Positions 24,000 to 36,400 of a stretch of DNA of 64,000 nucleotides are shown here, piece by piece; positions within the stretch are counted from its first letter, which is position 1; every line of letters starts with the position of its first letter. The DNA is taken from assembly GCF_026571515.1 (NCBI RefSeq), contig NW_026851617.1, forward strand, positions 1-64,000, written 5' to 3'. Below the pieces are notes generated by a model that saw only the letters and a program-made list of their open reading frames with translations, was not told the DNA's origin and did no database searches. This stretch comes from Ruditapes philippinarum (taxonomy: Eukaryota). The position numbers and the translations under genes were made by a program.

Positions 24000-24158
24000 A
24001 TGGCAATATATTTGACATTAGGCGCGTTCTTATTGGCAACAGGTTTATCCAAAGGTCAAGGTCAGATATTGAAGGACACTCAAGATATTTTGGATACAAT
24101 ATTGTCAGGCTATAATTCAGATATCAGACCGGCATTCAATCAGTCATTACCTGTAGAG
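24000..24158 (+). pseudogene. Cys-loop ligand-gated ion channel (nAChR-like) exon 1: signal peptide and N-terminal helix
   Basis: MAIYLTLGAFLLATGLSKGQGQILKDTQDILDTILSGYNSDIRPAFNQSLPVE followed by donor gtaagt. The Y-x3-(I)RP motif is present and the phase-0 junction fits the acceptor at 25437. Confidence 0.88.
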
Positions 24159-25437
24159 GTAAGTGTATGATTATTTGACAACTTAATTATATTAGCCCTC
24201 CCTTTTGATATTTGACGATAATTCGACACCTTCATTGTTTTTAATATTAACAACTGGGTACACATGAAGATACATTGTATTGAGTTGACTTTGAGGTTAT
24301 ATGAGGATATTGGGTTAAAGTGTGAGATCTTTTTGAAATATTTGTTGTGTTTTATTTGTTTGTTTACAATAAGGATATTGAGTTTGATTTAGAGATTTTG
24401 AGAAAGTTTTTCTTCATGAAAGTATCTTGTCTGGTTGTACACTGGGTTCATTTAAAGATTTTATGAATGAACAACGTTTGGTTTAAGTATTTATAATGAA
24501 TAAACTGAAGTGTGGATAAAGAATTTATAAGGGTATATGGTTTGGTTAAAGCATTACTTGATTTACTGGATTTGGGTAAAAAAATATAATATAGGTTTAG
24601 ATAAAGAATTTATTGTTTTGGTGCTAAACACCTTTGAGCTTATACCGCATATGATTTCTTTTACAAATCATTAATATCTTTGGTTGGATTTGAATTAATT
24701 AATACTATATTGTAAGACATTCTATTTTTCAAGAAATATTGAATTTTGGATTAAAATGAGATATTGTATATGTGGCTTTTGTTTTTATTTGTTTATGTGT
24801 TTATTGTCTAAATTAATGAAATATTTTTATTTTTATTCATGTATTTTTCTGATTACTTTTGTGAACTGCTTTGTAAAAAAATAGTTTTTCTCAATAATTG
24901 GTTTTGAAATATAAGGGAAAAAACTTTTATCTTAGGGAATGAATAAGTAAAAAAAACAACAACAACAATCCAATGAACAAGTAAAGAGGCAATTTTCCAA
25001 ATGTCACGGTGTTGACTCATCAAACACCGACTAATTTCAAGTTCAAAAAATGTTTGCGTACTAAAAGCTTATGTTTAAAGTAAGATAGAGCCAATAACGT
25101 AACAAAGCAATTAGAAATTGAAGTATATCAAAGAAAATTCATTGATCTTTCTCTGAATTTAATTCAAATGATAATTTAAAATCTATTTTTAATTAAAGGA
25201 ACCAAGTGGGGCTATGACCTAGTGGTTGGGGTGTCTGCTTCTCAACCGGGTTCAATATAAATATTCTTCACATTACTTCTAAAATAGAATTTTGAAACAG
25301 TTAAAAAACTAAGAACATTACTTAAATAGGTGAACGACACTTTTTTCGGTATATGTGAAGCTTTATTTGTACATGTTTCTTCTGATCTCTTTGTTAAAAT
25401 ACTGATTTGATTGCTCTGTATTATTTTTATTATACAG

Positions 25438-26181
25438 GTTAATATCACCACGATATATATGTTTCACATCACAGAGTTCAAAGAGGTATCTGAACAATTA
25501 ACATCTGTTTTAGTGTTAGACCTACTCTGGGAAGATTATCGGCTAACATGGGACCCACTGGATCATAACGGTACGGAGTACGTGCATATACCGGTAACCA
25601 AAATTTGGAAGCCAAGTCTGCTACTGACTAGCCCTGTTGACAGAAATAGTCCGATTGGTGACAATCAAAATTGGATGGTCGTTAAATGCTTCTATGACGG
25701 AAGTATTGAGTGGACAATCCCTGATATCGTAACTTCCAGGTGTGGCATAGATATCAGATATTTCCCGTTCGATACACAGTACTGCAATATGCTGTTTATT
25801 CCAGGGGGTTACTATAAAGGAGAAGTGCTGTTAATCGGCGGGGACGAAACAATAAGTCTTATATATTACACTGAAAATGGCGCATGGATTTTAGAGGAGT
25901 CTCAAGTTTTATATGAGTACTCCTCTTTTGGTATGTGAGAATATAAAATAAACATGAAACTTAAAAGGAGACCGCACTACTTTTTAGTAAATGTTGTTCT
26001 TCCTATTATTTTCACCAGCTTCCTGAGCGGTCTTGTTTTCTTTATTCCATTAGAAAGCGGGGAGCGTTTGTCTTATGCCGTTTCCGTTTTCTTGGCGATG
26101 GCTGTATTTATGACAATTGTTGGTGAAAATATTCCAAAAACTTCCTTAAACATGGCGTATATGTCTTATTTCCTATTGTGA
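25438..26181 (+). pseudogene. nAChR-like exon 2: ligand-binding domain, M1, M2 and part of M3; in-frame TGA at 25936-25938; truncated in M3
   Basis: tatacag|VNITT..WEDYRLTWDP..KIWKPSL..Cys-loop CGIDIRYFPFDTQYC..ENGAW..SFGM*EYKINMKLKRRPHYFLVNVVLP..PLESGERLSYAVSVFLAMAVFMTIVGENIPKTS. ORFs 25411 and 25954 are in the same frame. No vicinal Cys pair in loop C. Confidence 0.9.
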
Positions 26182-27057
26182 TGAATTAACGTTTCAACTC
26201 TTTTTAGTTATATTTGAGGCTTTGCTCAGACGATATATTTGAATATTTAAAATTTGAATAGAATTTTTTTCCCGTAGTATAATCTACTGTGTTGTGCGAT
26301 TTGAGCATGAATCATTAGTAAAATCTTAGAAAATACTTTGGATGTATGACATCTAATGATACTTTATAATAAAACTTTATTAAGAAACAAGGAATTTTAT
26401 TAATTTTTAACCCCTCCCGGTGACGTCTGAACTGGAAACATGTTTTAGATAGGAATCATCCCTGCCGACCATTTTTTAGATCCTATGATGTTTTACGTCA
26501 AAGCAACCAGGATTCCTCTTAGGTTTTGAAAAGGAAATAGCATTCCTAACGATAGGTTTTGATATATTATATATTGCAAACGAGCGTTTATTTTGTAGGA
26601 ATCATGCCCATCGGCTATTTTCTATGCTCCGTTTCGGTTGACCTTTGCATTTACTTTAACTACATCTCTTGAAAAAGGCTTGAACTGTTCGCATTGATTA
26701 CCAAGAACAGCAAAGAAGTCTTGTTTACAATTAAGAGTATCTATTGTTTTCAGATCTTCAACTTCGATGCATTTTTGTGCTTTTAATATCACAAATAAAC
26801 TCCAAAATTTTTTTTTTTCACCATTTAAATATGTTAAAACTAAACTAAAGTTCCGTTTATGAGAAACTTTTACCAGTTTCTATTTTTCAAATATCATTTT
26901 TGCAAGTATTTTTACAGTAGAATGTCCTCTCGATTTCTTTTTCTAGATTATACCATTACATATAACTGATATAACAGATCTCCAGATTTCCGAATCTTCA
27001 AATATTTATCGCAGAAAGGTCCGCCACTTTGTGGAGTTAATTCTGAACTGTTTATTA

Positions 27058-27509
27058 CAGTATCGACCGGTAGAGTTATTTGTGCGATAACTGTAAGAAT
27101 ATTTCACATAATTTTACTTTATTTCCATGATAACAGTATGGACCGCTACAGTTATTTGTGCGATAACTGTAAGAATATTTCACATAATTTTACTTTATTT
27201 CCATGATAACAGTATGGACCGCTACAGTTATTTGTGCGATAACTGTAAGAATATTTCACATAATTTTACTTTATTTCCATGATAACAGTATGGACCGCTA
27301 CAGTTATTTGTGCGATAACTGTAAGAATATTTCACATAATTTTACTTTATTTCCATGATAACAGTATGGACCGGTAGAGTTATTTGTGCGATAACTGTAA
27401 GAATATTTCACATAATTTTACTTTATTTCCATGATAACAGTATGGACCGCTACAGTTATTTGTGCGATAACTGTAAGAATATTTCACTTAATTTTACTTT
27501 ATTTCCATG
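27058..27509. repeat. 76-bp minisatellite x6 inside cassette copy 1 (x2 in copy 2, ~34333-34478)
   Basis: cagtatggaccgctacagttatttgtgcgataactgtaagaatatttcacataattttactttatttccatgataa at 27058, 27134, 27210, 27286, 27362, 27438. Confidence 0.95.
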
Positions 27510-27787
27510 GTTGTGTTAAAGTTATTACATTTTCTGAGCTTCTTTAATTATTTTCCGTAGAAAAGTCCCCTAGATTTCATCAATTTCAAATGTCTTCTCC
27601 TTCGAGTTTAGAAATCCTAGTATATTTTGCATATTTAAAATTCATTTGTGAACTATGTGTCGTAAGAAAAAAGTCATCGACCAAAATGAAATTTTATGAC
27701 TTGAGTGGATGTTTGATTTTAGATTATATTTCTTTAAGGGATCAAAGATAAGGCACATACTTATATGCATATACTTTAGAAATGTAC

Positions 27788-28194
27788 TATGCGACGGCTA
27801 TATTCTTGCTTAGCATTTGAGGAGGAGAGGCCGTAATTCTGGGAGGAGATGCATCCTGCACATTGACCATTATTCTATCTTCTGAGATGTTACCTTTTAT
27901 ATCAATGGAAACGACATTTATTTAAATAAGCTTACATTTAACGCATGTCTTACTGAAGACAGCAACACTGCTTGATTTTTCATTGAAAACATCAACTGGT
28001 ACCCCTCTTTCAACTTTGATATATTCGTCTTCAGCTCTGAATTTGTATATATATTTAAACTTGGGTCCAAGTTTTCGAACTAGGTCGTCATTTATATATT
28101 TTTATAGACTCATAAAACCAGAAATATCAAGTTTCCAAGAATTGAGGTTCTTCTCGAGAATTTGGCGCTTTGACTTGCTTTTGTGGATTAAAGG
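27788..28194 (-). pseudogene. Decayed ORF of unknown function in the cassette
   Basis: ~135 codons with only two internal stops: PLIHKSKSKRQILEKNLNSWKLDISGFMSL*KYINDDLVRKLGPKFKYIYKFRAEDEYIKVERGVPVDVFNEKSSSVAVFSKTCVKCKLI*INVVSIDIKGNISEDRIMVNVQDASPPRITASPPQM. Copy 2 has a frame-preserving 3-nt indel here. Confidence 0.55.
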
Positions 28195-31100
28195 CTAGTC
28201 TTAATCATTACTTTAATGTACACTGAGATAATAAATGTGGTGTGAATGGGTAAAAAAGAAAGAAAGATCACAAACACTTTAAAGTAGTATTTTTACTGTT
28301 ATTCATGAACCATCATGTCCATACAACCCGTAAGTAGGTAATCTCATTTGTATAAAATCTACTCTCACATATCGCTACAATGCTAAGAACAAAATTATTT
28401 ATTAACATGTATAATTTATTCCTAGTAATTTGTTAAATCTAATATATAATTATATAATGCAACATTTAAATATGTACATGTGGAAACGATTTACAATCTA
28501 ACAGATAAAAACTCAAACTCGTATACAGAGTTGTCCACCCTTACAGTGAAGTTACTAAATACAAGGGAGCTAACCGTTCGAACATGAAATAAACAAATTT
28601 CTGACAACAGTAGTCTCCCTTCTATCAAGTTTAATTGCAAGGGAGATCATGTCTGCAGTGAGTATAATTGGAATCAAATCCATACACATTTACCTCCCGT
28701 ACATTGAGATAATTGATTAACACGAACTTCAATTTTCTAGCAACTTACAATATCTAAAAGCCCTATCACAAAATACAAAACATTATATTTTCAAACTAAA
28801 AATGTCATAATTGTAACACATTTTAACACTAACATTTAAGTTTCTGATAAAAAGTTGTTCTTGCTTTTCAAATTCGATTAAATAATTGTTTGAAGCCTAT
28901 GATTTAAGCTACTAGTCTTTAGATTTTGCTGATGTAAAACCGACACAACAATACATGAATGTAATTATTCATTTTTTACACTAGAGTTATTGCCCCTTAT
29001 ACTCAGCGCATTATGATATTTGATTTAACCCGATGAAAACTAACTCAATAGCTTCGATTTGCTTAATTTGGCAAGCCTGTATGTCATGTATGTTACTATT
29101 GAGTGTTTTGTCCTTTATTTGATTGCCAAAGGCCATTCATTTGATAAACAAATTGTATACCTACATAACTGTATGAAACAATATTGGTTAATATTACATG
29201 CTTTGTTATTTGAATGATTTGCCCATTCAACATAATTGTCTTTGTTAACGAAATACTGGGCATCTAAATTTAAAACCATACAATATTAAACAAAAACGCA
29301 TTCAAAACAAAAATCCTTTCCTTTAGGCGTTCGTTATCTTTTGGATAAATATCAATAAAATTACATTTTCTGTATCATTTAAATAATCTGGATACTTAGT
29401 CAATACAAAGTTCATCGACTAGAATACATGTTTTGAAACAGACTTTGTTCTTCAAGTTATCACAACCCTATTTTCTATTAATGTCAACTAATTTTATTGT
29501 AGTCGTTACTTAACAGTTCGTTTCTCTTAAAAAAAGTTTGACAGTCCTGAGAAGGTCACCCTCGGGAGTAAGATGGTCAATACAGAATCCATCTATCTAA
29601 TTAACAGAAATAAACGCAGAAACACCAGGGAACATTTCACAGAATTAAGAATAGTTCATGTAAAATTCGTGAGTATATATTTCTATGTAATACTACGGCT
29701 GATTCCGAGATTGATGTCGGCTCATTTGAAAATAGAATTTAATTGAAATTCAAGTGTGTTTAAAAAATTAGCCAAGACATTCATTATACCAGGTACAAAA
29801 ACAAAAATAAGAACGTATAATTGTATACAAGTTCTTAAACAAAAAAACGTAAATTATATAAATGTATACATGTACATGTATATCCCAGTTTAAGACAAAT
29901 GTTAAAATAGTGTTGTCCTTTTTCTAATCTTGCATCGAAACAAGTTTTTGTGTTATTCACGCCCAAAAGATAAAAAAAAATATTTAAAGGTACTTGCCCA
30001 GTTTTAGTAAAAATCATTTGTCTCTTAATTTAACTGATTTAAATACAAACGATAATATCATAAAAATATAAAATTAAGAAATGAATATACCTGATACAGA
30101 TATTTAAACATTTTTTGTTTTACTGAAGCTTACAAGTATTTAGCAGAAACAAAAACATTGTTCCACTTATGCTTATGCACATAAATAAATTTATTTTTAC
30201 GTATACATTTCATCACTTACATTTTAAATATTCCTTAAAATCAACATTTTCTAAATAAAACTTTAAATCACTTGAAAAAGTGAATAGTCGCTTTAATACT
30301 AAAAATCTATTTAAAGACAACCTATTCTAATGAAATCTCTTCCGAAATCACAACGTCATAACAACCCTTCCTATGTTTAAAACATATTTATGCAGGTTTT
30401 GTTCCATGTATCGATATGAAACTTAAACTACATATAGCTTGTCATTCAATTTTAAAACAGGAATGTTTTCTGTTATCAGAAAGGTATCTGTTACTATGAA
30501 TAATTTATAATTCAAATAATATAGCCACATACGAGTCTGCGCATTTAATTGGGACTGTGACCAAAATAATTGCAATAGTTCGAGTCGTCCAGGGAGAAGG
30601 ATCCTAAAGACATCATGCACCGTTCTGAGAACATTGTCCACGTGACTAATGTAGCAATATTGAATCGTCCGAGCCATCTTGATTTAATATATGTTGCAAA
30701 TGTCCATAGATAGTACAGCCGCACTAAACAATTTTAGATATCACTTTGTTTGCGTGCTTATGTCCGGGTGAACAATCAAATGTGTAGCCAATTTTCTTAT
30801 TTTTAAGGAGCACATTTTGTCACAAATTCCCATGGGATATTTTACGACATTACTGTAAATAGTTTTCAAGGAGAACATTTTTTCGCCAATTTCCATGTGA
30901 TATTTTCATAACTGAGCACATTATGTCGCCAATTTCCATGTAGTGATATCAGATCAAAGGTTGATGCTCCTTTCTTAACGTCCCAAACTGTCGCCAATTT
31001 CCATGAAATGATATCAGATCAAAGGCTAACTTACAAATTACAAACTGTCGCCAATTTCCATGTCATGATATGAGGTCAAAAGTTTATTTCCCTTTCCTAA

Positions 31101-32572
31101 ACACAAACATTTTCCATGTTTCATTATGTACATTTAAAAAAAGCTTATTTTTAGATTCTGGAGTTATTTTCAGCTACATAAGTTATTTTTAGAATCTAAA
31201 ATTATTTTTAGAATCTAAGATTATTTTCAGAAGATGCAGGAAATCATCCGATGTGTTTAATTCATTTCAATTAAATTGAAAGTCAAAATGGTCTAGCAGT
31301 TTATGTGAAAACATAACTATTTTTTAGATAAATGATCAACAAGTTCAGGTAATAAAAAAAATCTTGGAAATTTATATATTTTCCTTTTTTTCCAATGACA
31401 CTATATTGAAGGACCCTTTTTTAAAATCTTTTATTTATGTACATTCGTCACATTCAACACACCGTTTTCGAGCAGACGATAAGTCAAACAGTCGCATTCT
31501 CTGTGCTTTTAAAATCATCTTTTAAACCTTTGCTTATTATGAGATTTCTTTAAGAATTATCAACGAACTATTTTTCAGCCATTGTCCATTTTTGAAATAG
31601 AATCATTCAGCTCTTTCAATCCAATTCAATTCGATTCAGTTCAGCTCAATTCAGTTCAGTTCTGTCTTAGTTGTGTTGTCCATCAAAAGACATGATTTTA
31701 TTTAAGAGTTCGCAAAACAATCTATATGTCTGTAGTTTTCCGTTTTAAATATATAGATGGAACAGACGCTGAAATATATTCTAAACACATGTTGTTCGTC
31801 AACTGGTGTTAACTGTCGGACTGGCAGATTTCTGGGAGGAAGGTGTGCTTGTTGGCTTTGACCCATCTGCAAAAAGTATTATATGAAAATTATAGCATAT
31901 AACTGAAATAAGTGGCAAAGCTGTTCAAGCATTATGGTTGACAATACAAAATTATTAGCGATTTTTTTAAACATTTTTTTTGTCTGTGAAGCAGACGACA
32001 TTTACTATTTGAAAATTAATATTCTTAAAATATATTACTGATTTTACTTTAGATATAAATCAAGTAAATATAATTATGTCTGTATTTAACGATATCTGAA
32101 AAGTAGAATTTGTCAGTACGGTAAATCAATAACCCTCACATTGATTTGTAGAAAAGTCAAACCAAACGACAATAGGAAATATGGCGCCAAAAGTTCACAT
32201 GGTTATCTGTCTACTGGCTTTATAAAGAAGTTAATTAATCAACTGTAGCATTTTTTTGGATTGGTATTCAGGAAAAATATTCTATTTCATCAAATTCTTT
32301 TTAAGGGCCTTTTTCATTTAGAAAGCATGTACACGTCGATAGTAATTCAATTTTATTACTGAATGCTTAAATCAATTCAGTCAGGCATAATTATGTAGAA
32401 ATAAACTCTTACGCCCCACCCCTGTCTACACTGAATTTCTTGAAATAAGTAAAATACAGTTCCAAATTCACACCACGGCAAGTCAACTACTTAAGTTAAA
32501 TGGTAAAACTTTTTGCACACGTCAAATTTCGGTATGACTGCACTATTTTTGCATAAATTCATTCTAAAACGG

Positions 32573-32668
32573 AGAGATGTAAGCAAGAAACTTGATAAAC
32601 TCTTTTCATTGGGCGCTTGTATAATATTTATTACGTCAACAAGCGTGATTGTCGTTTTATTACAATAG
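32573..32668 (+). pseudogene. Stranded MA-helix end and M4 of the nAChR-like gene
   Basis: RDVSKKLDKLFSLGACIIFITSTSVIVVLLQ* starts exactly where cassette copy 1 ends. It matches the (W)xxVAxxLDRxF plus hydrophobic M4 signature. Confidence 0.8.
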
Positions 32669-33460
32669 CGTTCTTATGTTGAAATAAGAACTCACAAGGA
32701 ATAAAAAATCGACTTTTTAAAACAACAATCTTAATACATTTTAATGCCAATTTGCTATGTTATACAAACGAACTCTATGAGCCCGACATTTTCCCAATGC
32801 TGTTGTAGCAAAAATTTACTTCGTCTTTGCGAAAAGCCAATGAGAAATCGAACGTTTTACAAAAATTAATGTTCTGACCTACATTGGGTCACATTCCAGT
32901 GACATAGTTTTGGACTCAAAATTAGTTGTTTAGTTTAATGAGAAATTGAAGGAAATGTAAAAATAAAGAAAAGGAAATATCCTCGACCTGAATAAGAGAT
33001 TTGCAGACTCGGTTTGATTTGGTTTGTTCATGAGATATAATGGAAATTGCAACATTTCTCAAGTCCCCTAGCAATGGCTTGAGAAATATTCACTCATCAA
33101 ATCAATGAAGTATTGGGATCAATAATCCCGAAGGACCAGAAAAATTATTAAAATACACTGAAGTGCCAGCTGCCACATATCACTTGACACCTGATGTTGT
33201 GAGTAAAGGAAAGCAATCCAACGAATCCAACGAACGCAAGGTAAAACAAAAGTTTAAGGTGTAGATTTCAGAGCCGGTTTGACTGGATTCTCACTTTGTG
33301 TCTAGGCTGTCAAAACAGGTGGCATATACGGTGTTCATAGTACCTATATTATTAAACTTAAATATTTATTGATAAATACTTGCTAAAACGATATGTTTTA
33401 AATTGTGAACGGCACGTGATATTCTGTTGTGTACATTGAATTACAAATATAGCAGTAATA

Positions 33461-36400
33461 AATTAACATTTCAACCCTTTTTAGCCATACTTGTGGCCTT
33501 GCTCAGACCATGTATTTGAATATTTGAAATCTGAATAGAATTTTTTTCCCGTATTATAATCTACTGTGTTGTGTGAATTGAGCATTAATCATTTGTAAAA
33601 TCTTAGAAAATACTATGGATGTGATTTTTAATGACTTCTTATGATACTTAATAATAAAACTTTCTATAGAAAAATGGAATTTCATTAATCTTTAACCCCT
33701 CCCGGTGACGTCTGAACTGGAATCATGTTTTAGATCAGGAATCATCCCTGCCGACCATTTTTTTAGATCCTATGATGTTTTACGTCAAAGGAAACAGCAT
33801 TCCTGATCTTAGGTTTTGATATCATTATCATATATTGCAAACGAGCTTTATTTTGTAGAAGTCATGCCCATCAGCTCTTTTCTATGCTTCGTTTCAGCTG
33901 CGCTTTGCATTAACTTTAACTACATCTCTTGAACAAGGCTTGAACTGTTCGCATTGATTACCAAGAACAGCAAAGAAGTCTTGTTCACTATAAAGACTAT
34001 CTATTGTTTCCAAATCTTCAACTTCGAGGCTTCTTGTGTTTTATATATCACAAAAAAATTCCAATAAATTTCTTTCTTTCACCATTTAAATATGTTTAAA
34101 CTAAACTAAAGGTCCATTTATGAGGAACTTTTACCTGTTTTTATTTTTTCAAATATCATTTTTACATTAAATATCTTTGTTTAACAGTAGAATGTCCTCT
34201 AGATTTTACCATTACATATAACTGATATCGAATAACAGATCTCCAGATTTCCGAATCTTCAAATATTTATTGCAGAAAGATCTGCCACTACGTGGAGTTT
34301 ATTCTGAAGATTCTGTCTTCAACTGTTTATTACAGTATCGACCGGTAGAGTTATTTGTGCGATTACTGTGAGAATATTTCACATAATTTTACTTTATTTC
34401 CATGACAGTATCGACCGCTAGAGTTATTTGTGCGATTACTGTAAGAATATTTCACATAATTTTACTTTATTTCCATGATATAGCTTTTAGGTTGTGTTAA
34501 AGTAATTGCATTTTCTGAGCTTCTTAAATTATTTTCCTTAGCAAAGTCCCCTAGATTTCATCAATTTCAAATGTCTTCTCCTTCGGGTTTAGAAATCCTA
34601 GTATGTTTTGCATATTTAAAATTCATTTGTGAACTATGTGTCGTAAGAAAAAGTCATCGACCAAAATGAAATTTTATGACTTGACTGGATGTTTGATTTT
34701 AGATTCTATTTCTTTAAGTGATAAAAGATAAGGCACATACTTATATGCACATACTTTAGAAATGTACTATGCGACGACTATATTCTTGCTTATCATTTGA
34801 GGAGGAGAGGCCGTAATTTTGGGAGGAGATGCATCCTGCACATCGACCATTATTAATCTTCTGAGATGTTACCTTTTATATCAATGGAAACGACATTTAT
34901 TTAAATAAGCTTACATTTAACGCATGTCTTACTGAAGACAGCAAAATTGCTTGATTTGTCATTGAAAACATCAACTGGTACCCCACTTTTAACTTTGATA
35001 TATTCGTCGTCAGCTCTGAATTTGTACATAGCATATTTATACTTGGGTCTAAGGTTTCGAACTAGGTCGTCAGTTATATATTTTTATAGACTCATAAAAC
35101 CAAAAATATCAAGTTTCCAAGAATTGAGGTTCTTCTCGAGAATTTGGCGCTTTGACTTGCTTTTGTGGATTAAGGGCTAGTCTAAATCATTACTTTAAAG
35201 TACACTGAGATGATAAATGTGGTTTGAGTGGGTAAAAAAGAAAAAAAGATCACAAACACTTTAAAGTAGTATTTTTACTGTTATTCTTGGACCATCATGT
35301 CCATACAACCCGTTAGTAGGTAATCTCATTTGTATAAAATCTACTCTCACATATCGCAACAATGCTAAGAACAAAATTATTAATTAACATGTATAATTTA
35401 TTCCTAGTAATTTGTTAAATCTAATATATAATTATATAATGCAACATTTAAGTATGTACATGTGGAAACGATTTACAATCTAACAGATAAAAACTCAAAC
35501 TCGTATACAGAGTTGTCCACCCTTACAGTGAAGTTACAAAATACAAGGGAGCTAACCGTTCGACATGAAATAAACAAATTTCTGACAACAGTAGTCTCCC
35601 TTCTATCAAGTTAAATTGCTAGGGAGGTAATGTCTATACACATTTATCTCCCGTACATTGAGATAATTGCTGCAATGAGTTTGATTAACACAAACTTCAA
35701 TTTTCTAGCAACTTACAATATCTAAAAGCCCTATCACAAAATACAAAACATTATATTTTCAAACTAAAAATGTCATAATTGTAACACATTTTAATATATA
35801 TAAATAATTGTTTGTAGCCTATGATTTAAGTTACTAGTCTTTAGAATTTGCTGATGTAAAACCGACACAACAATACATATAAATGTAATTATTTATTTTT
35901 TTATACACTGAAGTTATTGCCCCTTATACTCCGCGCATTATGATATTGGATTTAACCCAATGAAAAAACTAACTCAATAGCTTCGGTTTGCTAAATTTGG
36001 AAAGCCTGTATGCCATATATGTTACTATCAAATGTTTTGACCTTTATTTGATGGCCAAAGGCCATTCATTTGATAAAAAAATTGTATACCTAAATAACTG
36101 TATGAGACAATATTATTTAATATTACATGCTTTGTTATTTGAATGTTTAGTCCATTCAACATAATTGTCTTTGTTAACGAAATACTGGGCATCTCAATTT
36201 AAAACCATACAATATTGAACAATAACGCATTCAGAACAAATATCTTTTCCTTTAGGCGTTCGTTATCTTTTGGATAAATATCAATAAAATTATATTTTCT
36301 GTATCATTTAAATAATCTGGATACTCAGTTTATACAAAGTTCATCGACTAGAATACATGTTTTGAAACAGACTTGGTTCTTCCAGTTATCACAACCCTAT

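Larger units (their letters stand above)
26184..32572. mobile_element. ~6.4-kb duplicated cassette, copy 1 (decayed minus-strand ORFs, internal minisatellites), interrupting the nAChR-like gene
   Basis: Colinear with 33461-39722 from aattaac.tttcaac to cattctaaaacgg. The flanks differ between the two copies. Confidence 0.85.

Noticed and set aside
25936-25938. TGA as selenocysteine or programmed readthrough
   Set aside because: The position does not align to a conserved Cys, no SECIS was recognised, and the gene is independently broken in M3.
26179-32572. The 6.4-kb cassette as a normal intron of the nAChR-like gene
   Set aside because: Splice signals are weak, and splicing would still leave half of M3 and the loop missing.
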